Below, piece by piece: positions 60,409 to 64,000 of a stretch of DNA of 64,000 nucleotides; within the stretch, counting starts at the first letter, position 1, and each line of letters starts with the position of its first letter. Source of the stretch: an uncultured Gemmatimonadaceae bacterium (GTDB lineage: Bacteria; Gemmatimonadota; Gemmatimonadetes; Gemmatimonadales; Gemmatimonadaceae); the NCBI GenBank assembly GCA_963740355.1, contig CAVUDW010000002.1, forward strand, positions 2,368,001 through 2,432,000, given 5' to 3'. The position numbers and the translations under genes were made by a program. Below the pieces are notes generated by a model, which saw only the letters and a program-made list of their open reading frames with translations, was not told the DNA's origin and made no database searches.

Positions 60409-62468
60409 TGGCCTGCCCGCATCGCGAAGATACCGATCAGCGTGATGGCGCCGAGCGCAATGGCCCACACGTAGCTGCCGGCGAAGCCGACCTGCGCACG
60501 TGATGCGATCGATGAGACGACGCGAAAGACCTGTGCGCTCCCCTGCACCAGCACGCCGTTGATCAGGCCCAGATCCAGGCCGCGCCAGAGCACCTTGCGC
60601 GACACGGCGACGGTTGGGCCCACGATGCCGCGCGCGATCGCCGTGTCGACGTAGTAGTCGTTGGCGAGCACGAGGCCGATGCCATGTTCCGCAGGCGCGG
60701 CATCCTTCGTCGTCAGGCCGTCGGGCTTCAGCAGGATGAACGCCGTGGCGATGCCAGCCACCGCCACCGCAATCGCGATGGCGATCAGGATGTACTCCGT
60801 GTTGTGCGACAGATGGCCGTTGCCGGCCAGCAGCGTCGTCGATGGGCCAGCGATCGGAGCAAGCCAGGCATCGAGCACACCGGTGCGACCGATCGGCAGC
60901 ACCTCTGGCAGTTGCAGCCAGCCACCCACCAGTGTCAGTGCGCCAAGGATGAGCAGTGGCGTGCGAAGCACCCACGGCGCGTCGTGCACTTCGGCTTCGA
61001 CATCGTCACCGGAACGGAATCGCCCGTGGAAGGTGTAGCGCATGAGCCGCGTCATGTAGATCGCCGTCATGAACGCCGTGATCAGGCCGAGGCCATACGC
61101 CAACCAGAGAATCGCGCGACCTGGAATCCCACCCAGTGATGATTCCGCCAGCGGCGATTCCATGGCTCGCTCAGCGATGGCGCTGAGGATGGCGTCCTTC
61201 GAGAAGAATCCGGCCAGCGGCGGAATGCCGGCGATGGCCAGTGTCGCAATCCACATCAACGTGGCGGTCGACGGCATGCGGCGCATCAGGCCACCCATGT
61301 TGCGCATGTCCTGCGCATCGTCGTGCCGATGCGTGGCATGCAGGGCGTGATGCATGCTGTGAATGACCGCGCCTGCGCCGAGAAAGAGCAGCGCCTTGAA
61401 GAACGCATGCGTCACGAGGTGAAACATGCCGGCGGTGTATGCACCAGCACCCACTGCGACGAACATGTAGCCCAGCTGGGAGACGGTCGAGTACGCGAGC
61501 ACCTTCTTGATGTCCCACTGCTTGAGGCCGACGCTGGCGGCCCAGATTGCCGTCAGTGCGCCAACCAGCACGATCACGAGGCACGCGGCAGGTGCCGCCG
61601 CGAACAGGCTGGCATTCCGCACGATCAGGTAGATGCCAGCCGTGACCATGGTGGCTGCGTGGATCAGTGCGGACACCGGCGTCGGGCCGGCCATGGCATC
61701 GGGCAGCCAGACGTAGAGTGGCAACTGCGCGCTCTTGCCAGCGCAGCCAAGGAACATGAACAGGCAGATCGCGGTCATCAGCGGCGTGGCGATCATGCCC
61801 TGCCCCCGCACGATGGTGGCGAAGTCGAGCGTGCCGAGATTGGCGAAAAGCAGGAACATCGCGATCAGCAAGCCGAGATCGCCGATGCGGTTCACCACAA
61901 AGGCCTTCTTGCCTGCCACGGCATTCGCCGTATCGCCGAACCAGAATCCGATCAGGAGGTACGATGCCAGGCCCACCCCTTCCCAGCCGATGAACAACAC
62001 CGGCAGGTTCGCCCCCATCACCAGCATCAGCATGAAGCCGACGAACAGGTTGAGGTACGCGAAATAGCGTGCGAAACCCGCATCGTCGGCCATGTAGCCG
62101 ACACTGTAGATGTGGATCAGCGACCCCACGCCCGTGATCACCAGCATCATCAGGATGCTCAGATGATCGACGTGTAGTGTCCAGTCCACTGCAAACGAAC
62201 CGGCGGCCATCCACTGGCCTAGCGACGAGGTGATCGCGGTGTCGGTGCCGTTGACTGCCGTGAAGAGGACCACCGTCAGCATCAGCGCGAGCACCATGAC
62301 GCCGACACCGACGGCGCCGACCAGCGTTCGCCGTCCGGATGGTGCCACCTCGACGCGTTCCCCCCGCCAGGCTGGGACAAGCGACAGCAACCCATTGACC
62401 ACGAAGCCGGTGAACGGCAGCGCGGGCACGAGCCACACGAGTTGTGATGCGGTATTGGAAATGGACAT
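60405..62468 (-). CDS. nuoL: NADH-quinone oxidoreductase subunit L
   Basis: WEGVG, KSAQLPL..WLPDAMAGPTPVSALIHAATM, HAFFKALLFL. Confidence 0.96.
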   Translation of the reverse strand: MSISNTASQLVWLVPALPFTGFVVNGLLSLVPAWRGERVEVAPSGRRTLVGAVGVGVMVLALMLTVVLFTAVNGTDTAITSSLGQWMAAGSFAVDWTLHVDHLSILMMLVITGVGSLIHIYSVGYMADDAGFARYFAYLNLFVGFMLMLVMGANLPVLFIGWEGVGLASYLLIGFWFGDTANAVAGKKAFVVNRIGDLGLLIAMFLLFANLGTLDFATIVRGQGMIATPLMTAICLFMFLGCAGKSAQLPLYVWLPDAMAGPTPVSALIHAATMVTAGIYLIVRNASLFAAAPAACLVIVLVGALTAIWAASVGLKQWDIKKVLAYSTVSQLGYMFVAVGAGAYTAGMFHLVTHAFFKALLFLGAGAVIHSMHHALHATHRHDDAQDMRNMGGLMRRMPSTATLMWIATLAIAGIPPLAGFFSKDAILSAIAERAMESPLAESSLGGIPGRAILWLAYGLGLITAFMTAIYMTRLMRYTFHGRFRSGDDVEAEVHDAPWVLRTPLLILGALTLVGGWLQLPEVLPIGRTGVLDAWLAPIAGPSTTLLAGNGHLSHNTEYILIAIAIAVAVAGIATAFILLKPDGLTTKDAAPAEHGIGLVLANDYYVDTAIARGIVGPTVAVSRKVLWRGLDLGLINGVLVQGSAQVFRVVSSIASRAQVGFAGSYVWAIALGAITLIGIFAMRAGQ

Positions 62469-62480
62469 GCGTGGGAGTCG

Positions 62481-62774
62481 CTATCCTCTGAGCAGCCGGA
62501 TTCGGCCGAGATCAACCGTGCGGTAGTGCCGGAAGACGCTGATCACGATCGCCAGCCCGACTGCAGCCTCCGCGGCCGCAACCGTCATTACGAACAGCAC
62601 GAACACCTGACCCGAGATACCGTGCAGTCGGGACAGGGCAATGAATGACAGGTTCACGGCGTTCAGCATCAGCTCGACGCACATGAACAGGATCAGCGCA
62701 TTGCGGCGCGTCAGCACGCCAAGGACGCCGATGCTGAAGAGGATGGCGGAAACGAAGAGGGCCTCGCGGATCAT
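62481..62774 (-). CDS. nuoK: NADH-quinone oxidoreductase subunit K
   Basis: [24 protein letters not shown]. Confidence 0.96.
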   Translation of the reverse strand: MIREALFVSAILFSIGVLGVLTRRNALILFMCVELMLNAVNLSFIALSRLHGISGQVFVLFVMTVAAAEAAVGLAIVISVFRHYRTVDLGRIRLLRG

Positions 62775-63298
62775 GTCCGTGCCTCCCCGGCAACCTTCCC
62801 GCGCTTCGCCAGGACGACCGCTCCCACCACAGCCACCAACAGCAACAGGGACGTCACTTCGAACGCCACCAGGTTGTCCGTGAAGAGCGAGTTCGCGATC
62901 GGCGCCAGTGCGTCCGAGTCCACCGGCTTTAGGTTGTCGAGCGACAATGGCTGCGATCGAATGACATAGAGCAGCTCACCGGCGAGAATACCACCGATGG
63001 CGGCCGCTGCCACCGCCGCGATGCGGCTGCGCCGCTCCTTGACGTCGTTCTCTCCGAGATTCAGCAGCATCACCACGAACACGAACACCACCATGATGGC
63101 GCCGGCATAGACCAGCACCTGTGCGGCCCCGATGAAGTGGGCACCCAGCATGACATACAATGCCGCCAGCGCGAACATGACGTTCACGAGCCAAAGCGCC
63201 GCCGTCACGGGACTCTTGCGCGTCACCATCGCCAACGCCGCCCCGATCGCCATCACGGAGAAAATCCAGAAGTGGACCGTGTAGAACGTTCCCATCAT
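62771..63298 (-). CDS. nuoJ: NADH-quinone oxidoreductase subunit J
   Basis: [20 protein letters not shown]. Confidence 0.95.
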   Translation of the reverse strand: MMGTFYTVHFWIFSVMAIGAALAMVTRKSPVTAALWLVNVMFALAALYVMLGAHFIGAAQVLVYAGAIMVVFVFVVMLLNLGENDVKERRSRIAAVAAAAIGGILAGELLYVIRSQPLSLDNLKPVDSDALAPIANSLFTDNLVAFEVTSLLLLVAVVGAVVLAKRGKVAGEART

Positions 63299-63792
63299 TC
63301 GCCTGCCGGATCGGCTGGATCCCAGAGTTCGCTCACCGGGTGCGTCTGCGACGTCAAGCGCTCGAGGTCATACACGAAACCATCACGCGAGTACTCCGCG
63401 TTCTCATAGTGTCGCCCGAGGTGGATTGCTTCTTCCGGACAGACCTCCTGGCAATACCCGCAGAAGATGCATCGGAACTCGTCAATCTCGAACACCAGTG
63501 GAAACCGGTTGCCCTGCTCGTCTTCGCCCGGCACCAGCTTGATGCAGTTCGCGGGACAGACCGTCGGGCAGAGCCCGCAGCCAACGCACTTCGCCTTGCC
63601 CTCTTCGTTCGTGAGCATGCGATGTGTGCCGCGCCAGCGCTTTGACAGCGCCTCGGTCTCTTCGGGATACTGTGTCGTGACCTTGTGTGGATCGACGAGG
63701 TGCTTGAACGTGTGCGCCAGGCCAGACAGCGTGGCGCGCACGTAGCTCACCTGCTCCACCGGTCGGTCCATGACCTTCACCTTGATCGCCAT
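63295..63792 (-). CDS. nuoI: NADH-quinone oxidoreductase subunit I
   Basis: TTQYPEE and two CxxCxxCxxxCP motifs. Confidence 0.96.
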   Translation of the reverse strand: MAIKVKVMDRPVEQVSYVRATLSGLAHTFKHLVDPHKVTTQYPEETEALSKRWRGTHRMLTNEEGKAKCVGCGLCPTVCPANCIKLVPGEDEQGNRFPLVFEIDEFRCIFCGYCQEVCPEEAIHLGRHYENAEYSRDGFVYDLERLTSQTHPVSELWDPADPAGE

Positions 63793-64000
63793 CAGTCCCC
63801 CATCTCGGGTTCCGGTCGGACTTTCGCCGAGAGCACCGAGCCGGCGCTGTCCTGCGAACGGAGCCGGCGCATCTCTGCCACCGACATCTTCGACGTTGTC
63901 GGGCTCACCAGGCGGCCGCGGTCAAAGACCACGAACACTGCCACCAGCAGCGCCACGTTGAGCACCATCAGGATCCCGGTCTGGAGCGGTCCAGCCTGGA
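63792..64000 (-). CDS. nuoH: 3' end of a membrane protein gene, probably nuoH (partial)
   Basis: Open frame ...ILMVLNVALLVAVFVVFDRGRLVSP...PEMGD* whose TGA overlaps the nuoI ATG; assignment by synteny only. Confidence 0.65.
   Translation of the reverse strand, partial: QAGPLQTGILMVLNVALLVAVFVVFDRGRLVSPTTSKMSVAEMRRLRSQDSAGSVLSAKVRPEPEMGD

Overview
GC-rich bacterial chromosome segment. Gene content and order (VPS10/BNR protein, futalosine mqn genes, kds-lpt-rpoN block) suggest Gemmatimonadota; this is an inference, not a verified assignment. Positions 1-4836 are the right part of an integrated phage-satellite/PICI-like element: a tyrosine integrase, a chain of translationally coupled small ORFs, an AlpA-like regulator and a D5/P4-type SF3 helicase that runs off the left edge. 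The element ends at a displaced 3' half of tRNA-Arg(CCT), its att site. Positions 4.9-20.7 kb carry mixed metabolic genes, including a serA / FAD-oxidoreductase / serB / class-V aminotransferase operon. A 28-bp dif-like site lies at 20975-21002 next to a perfect DnaA box, and GGGNAGGG (KOPS) motifs found by eye change strand across it, so the window probably contains the replication terminus. From 21.2 kb to the end all called genes are on the minus strand and are core functions: nuoH-N, pmm, UPF0182, sucCD, ndk, yceD-rpmF-plsX-fabHDG-acpP-fabF, mqnEAC, a Clp-N-domain/IspF fusion, dedA, xerD, trpG/pabA, kdsB-pyrG-kdsACD-lptCAB-rpoN, a five-gene glycosylation cluster and dapF. lptB has an unusual N-terminal domain and a single-base frameshift. 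All calls come from reading motifs by eye; no database searches were run.
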